Origin: Laetmonice hystrix
Taxonomy: Eukaryota
Direction of reading: 5' to 3'
Assembly: GCA_965235115.1 (NCBI GenBank)
Contig: OZ249445.1
Location: forward strand, 11,222,001-11,286,000
Length of the DNA stretch: 64,000 nt
Both the position numbers and the translations under genes were made by a program. Shown here one piece after another: positions 39,001-52,317 of this stretch. Each line of letters starts with the position of its first letter. The first letter of the stretch is position 1. Under the pieces are notes generated by a model. The model did not search any database. It was not told the DNA's origin and worked only from the letters and a program-made list of their open reading frames with translations.

Positions 39001-42000
39001 TGATCAGCCTCCATTCGGACTTAACCCGTCTGATGGCAGGCACGCGGCGTCATTGGGCTCTTATCGAGGCCCTAAGCCTGCTCACAGCCTGGCTGGGATT
39101 TAGGCCTCATGTGGTGTCATGGACAATGGCTAGGTTTCATATACTTCCTGGGGATTGTCTGAGGGTCACTTCTGTGTGAATTCACACTCATGATGACGTC
39201 ACTTTCAGGGTTAATAATTCTGAACTTTGAGAGTCGGTTTATGTGACATAGAACTGAGGTGATGCCACGTACGGACCTCTTCTATCAGAGATTAGTTCTA
39301 TTCTATAGCATAGCCATTGTAAACGGTTCCGTTCATGTCACCTAATATACATACCCTATACAAGGGTACCGGGTCTTCTTCTATGGAGAATTACTTTCGT
39401 TTCACTTTTTGAGTGATACCCCCAATAATGCATAGGTCTGATCTCATGGAGGGCTGAAAAATAATCAGATCTACTCCTAAGGAACAGGAGGATTATATTT
39501 TATACAATGTAGTCTTGCATCATGTCGTGTCTATGGGACGACCAATTCGGCTGGTACAGTGATGTGGGGCCTTTCCTAATGAGCAGGAACTGCTGACTGC
39601 CACAGCGAAGGCCCCTTCAACTCGTCTGGTGTACTGAGCATGAAAGGGACTCGAGGTTGAAAGGAGCCCGTGTCTCCGATGATCAGAGACATTGGTGCCA
39701 TCAGCGCAGACACTGGTGAGGCCCTCTGTGCCCAGCTTGAGGCACCTGCTAATTATAACTGTCTTGATTGCTGCTTGCCCGCTGGCCCTTCAAAGACACA
39801 CCTGTGTGAGTCCAGCGTGGGTCCAGGGGATCACCGTACAAAGTTCAGCCATCTGACATTTTGGGCGTTGGCTTAATACAGACCACCGCCAATCACCATT
39901 AGCCTCGCCCAAGTGCATTTGACATTTTGGTTGCCACGGTAATGAGGCCATTGTCTTGGGCACAGAGGTTTGCCATGGAAGGACACTGATGATGGACACC
40001 AATGATTGATCCCTTGACTGTTGCTCTGATGCAATGATGGATCCCTGCATCGTTGCCTTGGTGCTAGGCAGGATCTTTTGACTTGAGGACCAGTGGCTCC
40101 CCTGGTGGAGGTTAATGGCTTGACTTCTTAATCCTTTAATGTTAGCGGGCAAACAGTAAACTGCAAGTGTGTCGCTGTCTACATCACTCCGAGCTTTCGG
40201 CACGTCTCTTATAGTTTCTGTCATAGTCTGCCCTGTGGGTCATTGTACCATTTAAAAAAGCCTTTAATCCCTAAAGGTTTCTTACGATCGTCTTTTAGGA
40301 TATTCATGATTTTGAAAAGAGAAGTGCTATATTTCGGGTCCAGTTATATCTAGTAAGGTGTACTGACATGACACGGTGGATGGGAAAGCAAATAATGTTC
40401 TGTCACTGGTCGAAGGAGAGTGACATCTAATCAGCTAATTCGGTCTACTTTAATGAGCCGATCTGCAGGTGAGTCAGATTAGCGCGTACGTACGTACCAC
40501 AGCGACACCTTGATTAATTAGAGATCATTGCCTTCCCTATCACACTGAATATAAATGAACGAAAAGGTGACAAGCCTGAAATCGGACGAGACCTCATTCT
40601 CTCCACGTGGTCGTCCCTAAAACTCGTTATTGTCAGACTACACCGTGAATAAGGGCATACATTCTGTACCTTTTTAAGATGACGTTTCCTGTCCGTTTAG
40701 ATGATTACAGTATGATCACGTTTAGAAGAGTGTGAATTTATCAAGATAAAACAGGTGCATCTGGCTGGAGAAGAACGATGACTTCTCCGTATTCCTGACG
40801 CCAGGAAATGACTCTGTGAGATCCTGGAACGGAAACTTTTTTCAGTTGTTTGATGACATACGATTCTGCCTTTGTCCCAAGACGTCTATGTCTACAACTG
40901 GTAGGTTGTTCTAATAAGAGTCAGTGCGTGGATGTAATAAGATGGCAGATCGCTACGCTCTGAGCCCACACACTAGGGACCATTATTCCATATGACCTGA
41001 CCTATTGTTGCAGGTATTAATCATCAGTGATGAATAAATTCATGCTCTGCTTTCATCGATGGGAGCCACATGTGTAGAGGTCCGCTTTTGGCAGGGTTTT
41101 TGTTGTCAGTAATGTCTACTCAAGGTGAAAATGTCCAGCGCTAACCAGTGAAGTGCAAAAGGAGGATACAGAGTCCTGAATGCTGCTTGATACTGGTGCC
41201 CTGTGAGGTCGTAGTCAGGCTCTCTTAAGATGGAGTTCCAAAACAAGCTGCACTTCTCCATTCACACCTTGTCAGCTACGATAACTCGTGTCCACATTTT
41301 ATTCATGGCTCCCGCCATCTGTCCATTTAGCCAATCAGGGAAGCTCATTGAGAAGGTGTGCAAACTCATCGCAGCAGACGCCTTTCTTTGGCCAAGTCGA
41401 CGACACATCGTGTTTGGGAGTAACACGTGCTGACAGGCTCAAGTTGTTGCTGGGCCGATGATGTATGGGCCGAGCTGACAAGGCCTGACGGATCATGCCC
41501 AAACCCTTTCAGCACCGTCTCATTACGATAGCTCCCAGTGTAATTGCATTGCGCGCTAAAATTCGGCACCATATTGATATGAGAAAGGGGGGCCATTATG
41601 TTTGTCAGTCCATCAGTCGATGGCGTCACTCTCGGCACACTGTGCTACTCTGCTTTATTATGAAACGGGAAATGAATAAACAGAATTAATTTCCTTCCAT
41701 TTCTCCCATTTTCCATGTCTTATTACATTTATACACCTTGGCAAATGTGATTAATATAATGTCATTACTTTTTCATTACGTTGATTATTCATTACAAGAA
41801 GAGTGATAGATGCAGAGAGGCAAAGCACCGGCGAGGGTGGAAATTAAGATTGTGCGATGAGAGTGGCTGACGGGCAGGCAAAGTAAATCATAGTGTGCCA
41901 GAGACCTGCCGAAAGCAGACGGCCATGTAAGCCGCGCACGCACATGCTTGGATGTGGATGTAGTGGGCTGGAGACGGGCCCATCTGGGATTGCTGGGATC

Positions 42001-42535
42001 GTCTGCCGGACTGAGGTCAAGACGGTGGGAGGTTGACCTCAGTAGGGTCGCCACGACGTCGCCAGGCAAACAGCGCATGGATTATGGCACATTACTGAGA
42101 CCAAATCACAGACAGGTGCTACGGCGGCGACGACGACAGGGGCGCCATCTGATGGGAGCAGCCAGTCGGGCCACCTGGAGGACGGCGGATACCAGGGAAT
42201 CCTGCTGTGGGGTTTAGAGGGCAAGTCAAACTGCATGGTAGTTTAATGTCTGGACGAGGAGATACTAAACCTTGTTGGTGGATGTAGGGATCTGGCTGTA
42301 CAGTCTAACCCATCTGACCGAGCAGTGGTTTCAACCTCATGTAGGGAGAGAAGATTAGACTTCCCTTATCAAGCTGGGTTCTCCATAGTTATATATTGAC
42401 CATAAAATTGGTTGTATCAACGAGCTATTCTCACAGTTCAGATAGACGTCATCTGAGATACACGGACCATGTGGATGATGGTAATCTAAACCTATCTGGA
42501 GATGTGTGTGGTCTTGGTCGGAATGGCAGCATGAT

Positions 42536-42817
42536 AGTATTGACTACCACTGTAAAGGCTGACTCAATCTTCTCACCTCATCAACATGCAGTGTTGACCT
42601 ACACCGTACTACCACTGTAAAGGTTTTTGCATCTACCTGGTAAACTAAGAGTATTTAAAAGTGTCCACGCCCGACTACCACTGTAAGCTCCAACTCTACC
42701 TTCCCAGCACACCAATAGTGTTGCCGACGCCGTACTACCACTGTAAAGGCAGATTCCGCCGGGCACACCAACAGTGTGTAGAACTGTTGACGCCATTATA
42801 CTACAACCACTGTAAAG
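42536..42817. repeat. Five-copy array with conserved core (..GTACTACCACTGTAAAGG) and diverged intervening sequence, period 60-72 bp
   Basis: ACTACCACTGTAA at 42543, 42608, 42674 and 42734, with a degenerate ACCACTGTAAAG at 42806. GTGT(T)GACGCC-like sequence precedes most copies. Confidence 0.85.
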
Positions 42818-43289
42818 ACTGACTGCAGCGCCATCTGCGCACCCACCGGTCGGCCAGAGAACCCAGAGCACCGAGATGGGGGAAGGTAAGCCAATATCCT
42901 GCTGCACTTCATTAATAACAAGGGGTGCTCATTAGCAGGCTCTGACATCAGTGTCTAATTGCTGTTGTCTGCAAGACAGAACCGAAGCCTTGACGGGTGT
43001 AGGCATCACCAGCTTGTGTAATAAAGGGCACCAGGGTTCTCGGTGTACCCACCTTCCCTTTCATGACTACATAGGCTGAACAAAAACCGTCTTCGGTTTC
43101 GGTATGCTTCATGCATGTACAGGTTTTAATAGGACGATGTTGATAATTGAATGATTTCATTCATGTATAACGAACTGAATTTTTACCCTTTTCAAAAACC
43201 AGGTAGGATAGTATTCTCCTGTTGTGAGGATACTTTGATCTTTCTTTTCGTTTTCTTTTTACCCATTTTCTATCTTCCTTCTATGAATC

Positions 43290-43532
43290 CAGGATTCCCA
43301 CGGTCATGAAAAGTCATGAAAAGTCGTGAAAAAATAAATTTGGGTTTCCAGGCCTGGAAATGTCATAGAAAGTGGGAAAACGAAGGAAAGTCACGACATA
43401 CAAGGGGACAATTATGGGATTTTATGGTATTTTGTTAATTTTATCTGGAATTGGTCACGAAATTTGAGAGTTTTGGACTGGAAAAGTCATGAAAATGCAA
43501 TTTAGCCAACCTGTGGGGACCGTGGAATCCCT
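43290..43532. mobile_element. MITE with CAGGATTCCCACGGTC / GACCGTGGAATCCC termini
   Basis: Imperfect TIRs at 43290-43305 and 43518-43531. Internal GAAAAGTCATGAAA repeats and CCAGGCCTGGAAA, resembling a widespread CAGGGTTCCCAC-type animal MITE family (from memory, not checked). Confidence 0.7.
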
Positions 43533-46500
43533 TTTTGGCAGACCGCAGTAGACTTTGCAAATGTATGTAGTACCACTATAATGACGGATCGAAACCTACA
43601 ATCAAAACATAAAGACCTTTTCGACTAAAGACCTTTTCGTCTTTATTGCGTTGTGACCGTTCGCCTTTGTATATATCAGGAATATTAGGTATATAATCTT
43701 ATTCACAGATAAGAAAAAGAAACAGAGGGCAGACCTAAAACTACAGACGATACAAGATTCTAGTAGTAATATTCTTCCCAGGGTGTTACTGAACTTTTTG
43801 TGAGCTTTCTCAGGTTTGACCAGTATCTAAAACAGTGGCACTGAAGGGTCATGCGGTCACAACCCTGAACAAAGAACTCTCCTGCTGTTTATGGTGTGAA
43901 GGAGCGACGACATACTAACACCCTGTACATGTACTGGGTTGGAAGGACCGAGTTGTGATGATGTGACAGTTGACCAGGAACAGCCGGGCGCGTGACTGCC
44001 TCCTGTCGGGGAGAGTGAATGGCCACCAGGGGTCGCTTTTTGTGGACCCATTTCGTCATTGACGGCGGGTCTCGACCGCCGCTCGGTGACGCCTTCTCAG
44101 TTACCGGCTCACAGGTGTCCGGTCCCGGGGAGAGGGTGGGGCGGGGGAGGGAGGGGTAACACACAGCCATAGAGTCCCTGGGGACGACCGTTAGTGGACA
44201 GGTCCCTCTTACCCGGCACTGCTCTCTGAGTTAACAGACATAACCGCCAGACTCAGAGGCCTGGCTGGACCGGGATATGGGCTTTGGGATAATAGAACTA
44301 ACAAATATACAGAGAGTTTCAAAGGGCATAATAGGGCCATGTTGTATAACCTAAGAATCATGATGTTCTATGAATGACCGTTATTCTGCATAAGATAAGT
44401 CTTGGATCTTTAGCAGCGGAGATAGCTTAAATGATCAAATAGCACATTCAAGTAAAACCGCCATCAGGAGCTTCTGCAGTGATACGAAATCAGTCATACA
44501 CAAGGAGGAGGGACGATGATTTCATCAAACACGTTGTGTACAGGTTGAAAAGTCAGTCACAGAGAACACTGCCAGAGCAAAGGCCGTTATGATAATGATC
44601 TTGAGGCCACATTGAGGCCATTATCAAACACCATGCAGTGTTGTACTGCCGTGCCACGAGGTATTCAGCTGGCCCCGCCCTCATTGTGTTGGGTCTGTTA
44701 ATTAAACAAGATTAAAATCACCCCGATGAATGACAATTATAGTTGGTGACACCAGAGGAAGGCCAAGTCGGGGGACGTGACTGATTGACAGCTCCATTCC
44801 CACAGTATTCTCTGTCGTATAATGACTGTCAAGTGATCCGGTAGAAGTCACATGATGGATTCTTTGACAGGGTCAAAGGTGAAGGTCGCGTTGAGAGCGG
44901 AAGGTTAACAATAGGGAGAGGTCTGCAGCCCGAGCGGAAGTAAAGATGTGGACATATAGGACATACATTCATTATTCTACTCGATCTTAGACAATGGCTC
45001 TTTATACAAGCACGGTAGGACTATCATTGTTACTGGAGATTGCCAGGAGAAAAATTGAGAAGACCAAGGGACGTCTCTAAAGGAAATCACAAATGAATTT
45101 TGGATTTATTAAGAGATAATTAGGTTTTTCTTCTACATAGCTTACAAAAAGGAAGCTTCATCAACTTGACAATAGGGAGGACTTCCTTCTCTATGTTTTT
45201 ATGTGTGTTTTGAAGGAATCTTATTGAGGTTGCTGTTATTTCCGAACAAGTGGCAGGATATTTGGGCCGTGTTCAGACGGGAGAAGCTTCCGTCGGATAG
45301 AATATATGTAAACTTGTCCATCTGAGCCGATAGGACGACCAGCAGGGCGAATACATCAAGACAAATGAAATTCAAACAGAAAATGAGCTTGCAGTCGGAC
45401 AAGGTCCAATCATGCTGCGGGTCCATTTGTTGGGATTTTGGCAGCCATATTGGGGAGGCGTGGGCCGGGGATTGGGCCGTAATGTCCGACATGGCTCCAT
45501 ATCACACGCAGCATTAGGGGGGCCTAACCAGATTACTGTATTATATCTCATCGGATGGCCGACGCCAAATCAGTTGCTTAATTTGTAAGGCTAGCACATT
45601 CATCAGCGGCCGGTGACAGCGTCGCGGCCGTGGACACATCCGGCAGATGGACACCAGGCCTAATGCAATATTAGCCACGTATTTGGACATATTAACACAG
45701 CGGACTGAAAGGGCACCTGCTCAGGATATGGGCACGGGGGACGCTGACGGTCACAAGAACTGATGTAGATGGGTTTGGATGGACCGTATAGTGCACAACT
45801 GGACACGGAGAGGACTGACCGTATATTCTAACCCATCACTGTTATCTGTGGAGTTGACAGTTGGATCATGAGGCGCATTGACCTCGTGGCCCGGTGTCAG
45901 TGAAACCTTACAGAATTCTGCGGACGGATATTAGTACATAAACAGAGACTCTATACCGACTAATATATTCCAATGTCATTAACAAACTCAGGTAGTGATC
46001 TAATAGCATTGTTTGAGACACATATAATGTGTATTGTGGAGATGATATGATCATGTTATAAATATTCTGTCAGTTTGATGAGAAGATGTATCACTCGTGC
46101 ATGTCGACTACCTGATTTAGTCGTTTGTACGTCTGTGGCTGGTGGTTGTGTCCGACACGTGGGGAGGGGGTGACAAGGAAGGTAAATGAGGGCAGGGAGT
46201 GAGCACCATACTGAGGGGTGGGAGGGTGGAGGAGGGCGGATATTGATGAGATAGAGAGGGGTGGAAGTGTGGGATGGGAACCTGCTCCTGAGGCAGGGTG
46301 CCTGATTGAGCAACATGGCTTCTGTGCAGGACGCCCTTCACCACGAAAACCCCCAGAGGGCCACTCTGATTGGCTGAAGGAAAAGGTTGGATGTAATCAG
46401 TAGTATCGTGCTGACTTCTGATTAGGGCCACGAGAGGGCAGCCCAGTCGAACAGGTTCATACAACGAGATGCTCTCGCCCGTTTTGAAGGGCGAATGGTC

Positions 46501-49500
46501 CAATGACATTGAAAATATCCATTATTTCTATCAAGCTGACCAAATATGTTTAAACTATCGTAATAAGTTATATGACTCCGCCGCAAGGCAAAAAAAGTTC
46601 CCCGAATACAGACAAAAAACTTTTGTATTGGACAAGTGCTCAGATTGCCATCACCAAGAGGTTAATACAAATCGTCTGACCCTTCTCATGATCCATTTTC
46701 TATTTTAACAATACTGTGAGAAGATGAGATGAAGAAACCTGGATTGAGGATGTGATAGGATGGTTGTCTTCTATCAGGTGTAGTCGGAGAGAAGTGCGTC
46801 GTGTGAGAATGTCTGGCGCGGTTTGCCCGCTCGCCGGCCCTTGACCGTAGGAAGCTAGGCCCCTCCTTGCTAATTCCTCGTCACTCGCTGTCCGTTTATC
46901 CTGCTGGGTTCATCATTTCCTTTGGTTGAGTGGTGAGGGGAGCCGAGGCCACGGCGCTCATTTTACGTTGTGATTGAGTGGGGCAGAGCGACAATAGCCA
47001 ATGGTCACACAGGATATTACAAGGATCGTTGACCGTCCAGGGCAGGTCAGAGTCAGGGCCCGCACTGGTACATTATCAGAGCACACAGGGCTGCCGAGCC
47101 ACCATACACCCCCACACTACCGCCTGAGATCAGGTACCAGCCGGACGGTGGCGCCACTGGTGGCTGTCTACGGATACCGGTAACACGCCTCCAACCGCAT
47201 CCCAACAAACCTTTCCAATCCAATTCTTCATACATGTTTTACAATTCACTCTAACTTAACAGTCAGATTGATATCAAAGTTGTTACCTTGGTATCCTCTC
47301 TTTTAAGGTCAATGGGCCTTTCGCCCTCTGACGATAATAAAAAATGACAGCTCTTTTCTCTTGAATCCACAAACTACCTCTTCTGAACATAACGGATGTC
47401 CTTTTCCTGTCGGACTAAATTTTGAATGTCAAAGTATTCTAGTAAATACTGAAGGTTGTGAATAATTCATGCCTGCGGTCACAATGCGAGAGACAGCCAA
47501 GGTAATAATGATTAAGTCCTTGTGGTAAATTAGTAACCCCTGGCAATCTGTCATTTGAGTCTGGTTATATATCCCAGAATTTGTAGGTCCTGAGGCCAAT
47601 ATTCTTTTGATATATAGGACCCATTTATTGACATAGAGCAGAACATTGAAAGGCATGACCCTGAAAGATACTTTAAATAGCGTCTCCCAGAGACTACCTC
47701 AATAGATGACCTTGACTGAAACTTTAAATGGATAAATTCCAGGAGGTAAGCAGGGAAAACTTGCGGTTACTTTACTAATCTGTACTCGGACCTTTTGACA
47801 TCCGGAGCGCTGACGGCTACTTAATAACTGTCAATATTATATTTTTGGCAACCAACCCCATTAGTGGCTGGGGTATAGCTGGTTGGAATTAATGGATGTG
47901 CGAACCGAGTGATCCGGCCATGCCATTATGAGATTAACCTCTATCATCAAATTGGATTTTTCATATTATCAGTGAAGTGGCCATAGACAACAATCTTGAA
48001 GTGACCGTGTTTGATACCTTTTCCTGCACGTCCGTGTCTGAATGGACGGATACATAATCGGTGGTAACTATACGTACATAATGACGGGTGTGTATGTATT
48101 ATTGATATGATGCTGTTCAATATGGGATGGTGGAGCAGTGAAGATGGAGTGCGGGTGGAGTCATTGACTGCGGCTTTGTATGTTCTCTTATTGAGTCCCG
48201 CTTCAGGTGAAGGCGAGACACGCGGCGTGGCAGACCGGATTGACTTGTTGTTTCCGCCGTCGGAGGGGTTATGATTGCAAGGTTTGATAGATGCACATCA
48301 AGATAATAAAACGTAATTGGAATGATCCAACTCCAAGGCTCTCATCAGTTAGAGCTGTGCTGAAGGCACGGTGCATTACCTGGGGCCTGTCGCCGCATCC
48401 CGGAGCTACCGGTGGCGCAGATTTAGACAATATATGCAGAAAGTGGCAGGAAAGTGACTTTTATCATCATCAGTGTGTGGCGGACAGGGGGCGAGCTGGC
48501 GTGCATGGCGTGATTCGTGCCTCTTTGGTGCCAGTGACAGGGCATATCATTGCTACATATGGCACGTTTCCACCTCACCAAGGGTGACTGACCAGGAGAC
48601 AGTTTCCTGATTAACCAGCACCGCTTCATCCCATCAGATCTGAATGCACTGCCTGTTGGTCTCGCGGGCGGGGCTAATTTCATTAACATCTGCTGTAATG
48701 AAAATCACTACGTGAAAAATTAATAGGTTTCTGCATGGAGCTGAATGATAGGAAATTAAAAAGTAGCCTGAGAGTAGGGCATCTGCAGGAGAAAGTTAGG
48801 CGGGCTGGGAGGGGGAGGGAGAGCTCTGACTCTTTTATAATTACCTCTGGTTGCATGGTCTCTTGCACTTTAGAATTGACTGACGCCCAAACAGCAGCCA
48901 ATGATTGGACAGATTAAAGTTACGCCCGCCTCAAGTAAAACTACTGGGAACTGGTAGAAGAATGAACCAGTCGAATCTTATTGTGGGGAATGTGCATGAT
49001 ACAAGCACAGATGGGGATGCTTCCAAGAACATATGTGATTAAATTCCAGGTAACATGACTTCAGTAAGCCAAACATCTTCAGCTCCGGAAAAAGGGTAAA
49101 GTCTTATGAGAGGTAGGAGGTCATATCAAGAGTTGTTATTGGCAGCTTAGTGGTCAGTATAGGTGTATTCAACACCGGGCAGTGCGACTGGAGGGAGATG
49201 TTGAATAATTAGACACTTAATTGGGCTCTTGTCCAGTGCAATCAGTAGTGCACTTAACGAACGGCATTCATCAGTGGTCAGAAAGTGTTGATGAACTGTC
49301 ACGGAGGCGTGATTTCATTCACGCCGACAAACCTTAAATATTTTAACTAATGGCTTATGAAATATTTGCTAATAATACTGATGATACCTAGCATGCAATA
49401 TCTGTCACTGACTCATGAAGTATTCGTGGACACTCAGTGATTACCCTCAGATAGCGTTATGTTGATTGCTATATATAGTGGCGCCACCTATGTGTTACGC

Positions 49501-51285
49501 TGAACGCCGTTGGTAGAGTGCGTCCATTCATCCGACATTCCTTCAAACTTGTGAACTATCAAGGTCGTGCCTTTGGGTACCTGAGGAGATGTTGGCTGTT
49601 ATGAGAACCGACCCCAGACATCTTGTCAGAGGGTATGTGGTTGCCGTCAGCAACCGTGTCGTTTAGATGCCATAAGATGGCAGTTAAATTAAAGGTTGGC
49701 CGGCGCTGACCAAGGTGAGGCCAGAGCCCGGCTGGGTCCGTATCTAGCCAGTAGATCCCGGAGGAATTCGAGGTGCCCACATTCCCTGTCCTGTCAGAGC
49801 AAAGTGTATGATGGACAGCGGCTGGAGAGCCCACCCCACTCGTTTATCTCTAAAATAAATCTGGCTTAAATCAGGAAGAAAATTTGTGCTCTGGCCATTT
49901 GGGCAATACTTAAGACAGGGTGGTCCATCTGCAGCGATAGAGGAGCGAATTCCACAGTGGTCTCTGGGCAACTTGTGAGCATTTCTTCGTCCATCCAGGC
50001 GGCTCTCAGCAACAAATCGCACCAATCTCCGGCCTGCAAATGCAATTGGTTGGAGCCGGACTCAGGAGAAATGAGCGAAATGAGAGTCCAATCATACATG
50101 AATGGAACAGGACCGGACGGGGTGAACTAAATGAAATCAATAGAAAGTAATCAAACAGTGTCGGTGAGGGAGCTGGCCACCAGATGGACGCGAGGTGCGT
50201 CGACATGCAAAACATACCAACCAACACACACCAACACTAACACCACACACACAACAAGCACCAGAAAACGGTCCAATTTGTCCGCCTTGTCGTCTACAAA
50301 CCTATTGCTTGGGGGAGGGGGCTCCGAGTATGTTTAGCGGTGCTTTCTATTAGTGCAATTGTGACCAGAACAAGTGACTAGAAATTGGACTCGGGCATGC
50401 AAAACATACCAACCCCTCTGCAGGGGCAGAACACAAACTTTTCTCATTTCTACCCCGTGTATCACAAGGAAGTTGCTGTGGTCAGGGGGTCCCCTCAGAC
50501 GCATGCCGTAATCCCACACCAACTCCCTATGTTGCTTGTGATTGGACAAGGGTCAGAAAAAGCTGTTCCAGCCAGAGGGAATACCGAATTAACACCGCAC
50601 TGATTGCTGGGATCGGTGCAGCATTCACTTTGCATATAATTCTCCAGGTTCAGCCCTTTCTTTGAGAGATGTACGATATAAGGAGAAAAACATCCAACTC
50701 AAAACCTCTCCCTGTGCACATAAGTGCTAAAGCTTAAGTGTTGATTGAAGTAAAACAAATGCTAATTAGTTTCATTAGCAGATTCCTCTTGTGTTCGTGC
50801 TGATGAAGACTATAGTAGAAGGCTGTTTACTAATGGCCTGTCCAATTAATAAGGACGATACTATCAAAGAAAATAGTTGGCCGATGTTGGTAACGTAAAG
50901 GAGAGGGGGAAGCCGTATATTTCGTCCGTCAATACAGCCGTACTTTGAAGTGGTGGCATGTGTTAGTCGTGAACGTGTGGTCGCCCACAGCCAGATACAT
51001 GTCTGCTAATGGGCAAACATGGGAATCACTTAGCCAATCAGCACATGTTTATGTCACCATACAGGCACAGTTGTCGTTGGTATGGGCCGTCCGTGCGGCC
51101 CACCATGTACAGATGCTTTGGGTGCCACAGGAGGGTGGGGGGCCGTTCTTGGAACGAGTTGGGCGCATCCAAGTGTTCACTGTACTGATGTCTGTGTGGA
51201 GGCAAGTAACAAATACATCTAATGGCTTAATCTCATCGCTTACTCTGACACCGATGCCACTTGAAGGACTTCAGCGTCCTCTCAG

Positions 51286-51335
51286 TCCCAAAGATGATCA
51301 TCTCTGCTCGTCACCATCCCAAAGATGATCATCTC
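51286..51335. repeat. 19-bp direct duplication (TCCCAAAGATGATCATCTC x2)
   Basis: Exact copies at 51286-51304 and 51317-51335. Confidence 0.85.
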
Positions 51336-52281
51336 CCATCTTCCAACCACCCAGCCCAACCACACGTGTAGTCAGATCACTTTAAACCACGTTTTCACGA
51401 AGAAAACACTTCCTAAACCCTCTGCAGCTAATTCTCTGCACCTGTTTGGAATTATGGACTAAATAGTGATCTGTTTCAAGTTCATATTGTGTAAAGACTC
51501 CCGAACAGCTTTCATGCCTTTGTGCCAAGCTTTGTGTTGCATTACAAGCATTTCTGGCCGCCCTTGATGGTTGTTTGTTGAGCGTGTTTGGCATTAGAAA
51601 GTGGCTTTGATCTCATCTTCGTCCCTGATTTTCCTCTTAGTGTTTCCGCCTTTCTGCTAGGCACCTGTCTCCTTTGAATCTCTTGTAATGCACCTGCCTC
51701 TCACTGATACCTGTGTTAGGTGGAAATGATGCACATTTAAGGCAAAGTCAAGTGTTTTCTGAACTCATTATGTGATAGGTTTCTTCAGAGACGAACGTCC
51801 CACCGTGCCTTATTTATCCCCGGGTAGAGTTAATTGGCTGCCAGGGGCAATGCCATAAAAGTCTCTGTGATAATCAAGATGGTTTTTGAAACCAAATGCT
51901 GCTGTAAGGCGTTTTTCATGTTATGGTTTCCAGCCTTGCTTCGCAAGACATGAGTTTATAAAGTTTTGAAGCTGTTAAAACTGTTGCGGAGATTGTCCTA
52001 AGCATGACCACTCAGTCTCATCATCTCTGTACCCTGCTGCCCCCTGGGTGCCGGTGCGCGCACTATCACTGAACTCTTACACCAGCCTTTTTTACCTACA
52101 GATACTCTGTAATCAGTGATGTGTTTACCTTTAGGTGCCATCAGACAGATCTAAAAGCGTAATCTTTGGATTGTTATGACTTCAGTGCATGATAGAAACG
52201 TGTAAGGTCAGCTGTCTATGACATTGCCTGTTGATGTGCCATTGTATACGGTATCAATCATTCTTTGTTTTTGTTTTCTAG

Positions 52282-52317
52282 GTATGTATCCTACATCATC
52301 GCCTTACGTATCAGTCG
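52282..52317 (+). CDS. Putative internal coding micro-exon (36 nt); phase-1 reading xMYPTSSPYVSVx, host gene unidentified
   Basis: Strong acceptor TTCTTTGTTTTTGTTTTCTAG ends at 52281, donor TCG|GTGAGT starts at 52318. Length is divisible by 3. All three frames are open, so phase 1 is inferred from compatibility with 9922-9960 and 33024-33042. Confidence 0.65.

Noticed and set aside
39790-40224. 144-aa minus-strand ORF with repeated PKCQM / LPWQ
   Set aside because: The repeats come from short DNA motifs (TGACATTTTGG, TTGCCATGG-like half X-boxes), with no family resemblance.
42536-42817. CRISPR array
   Set aside because: Eukaryotic context, no cas-like ORFs, repeats degenerate and non-palindromic, spacers partly related to each other.
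52282-52317. Assigning the host gene to a specific family (nuclear receptor, E-protein, p63, Eya, COE were considered)
   Set aside because: The peptides are too short and low in complexity, and no diagnostic domain exon lies in the window.
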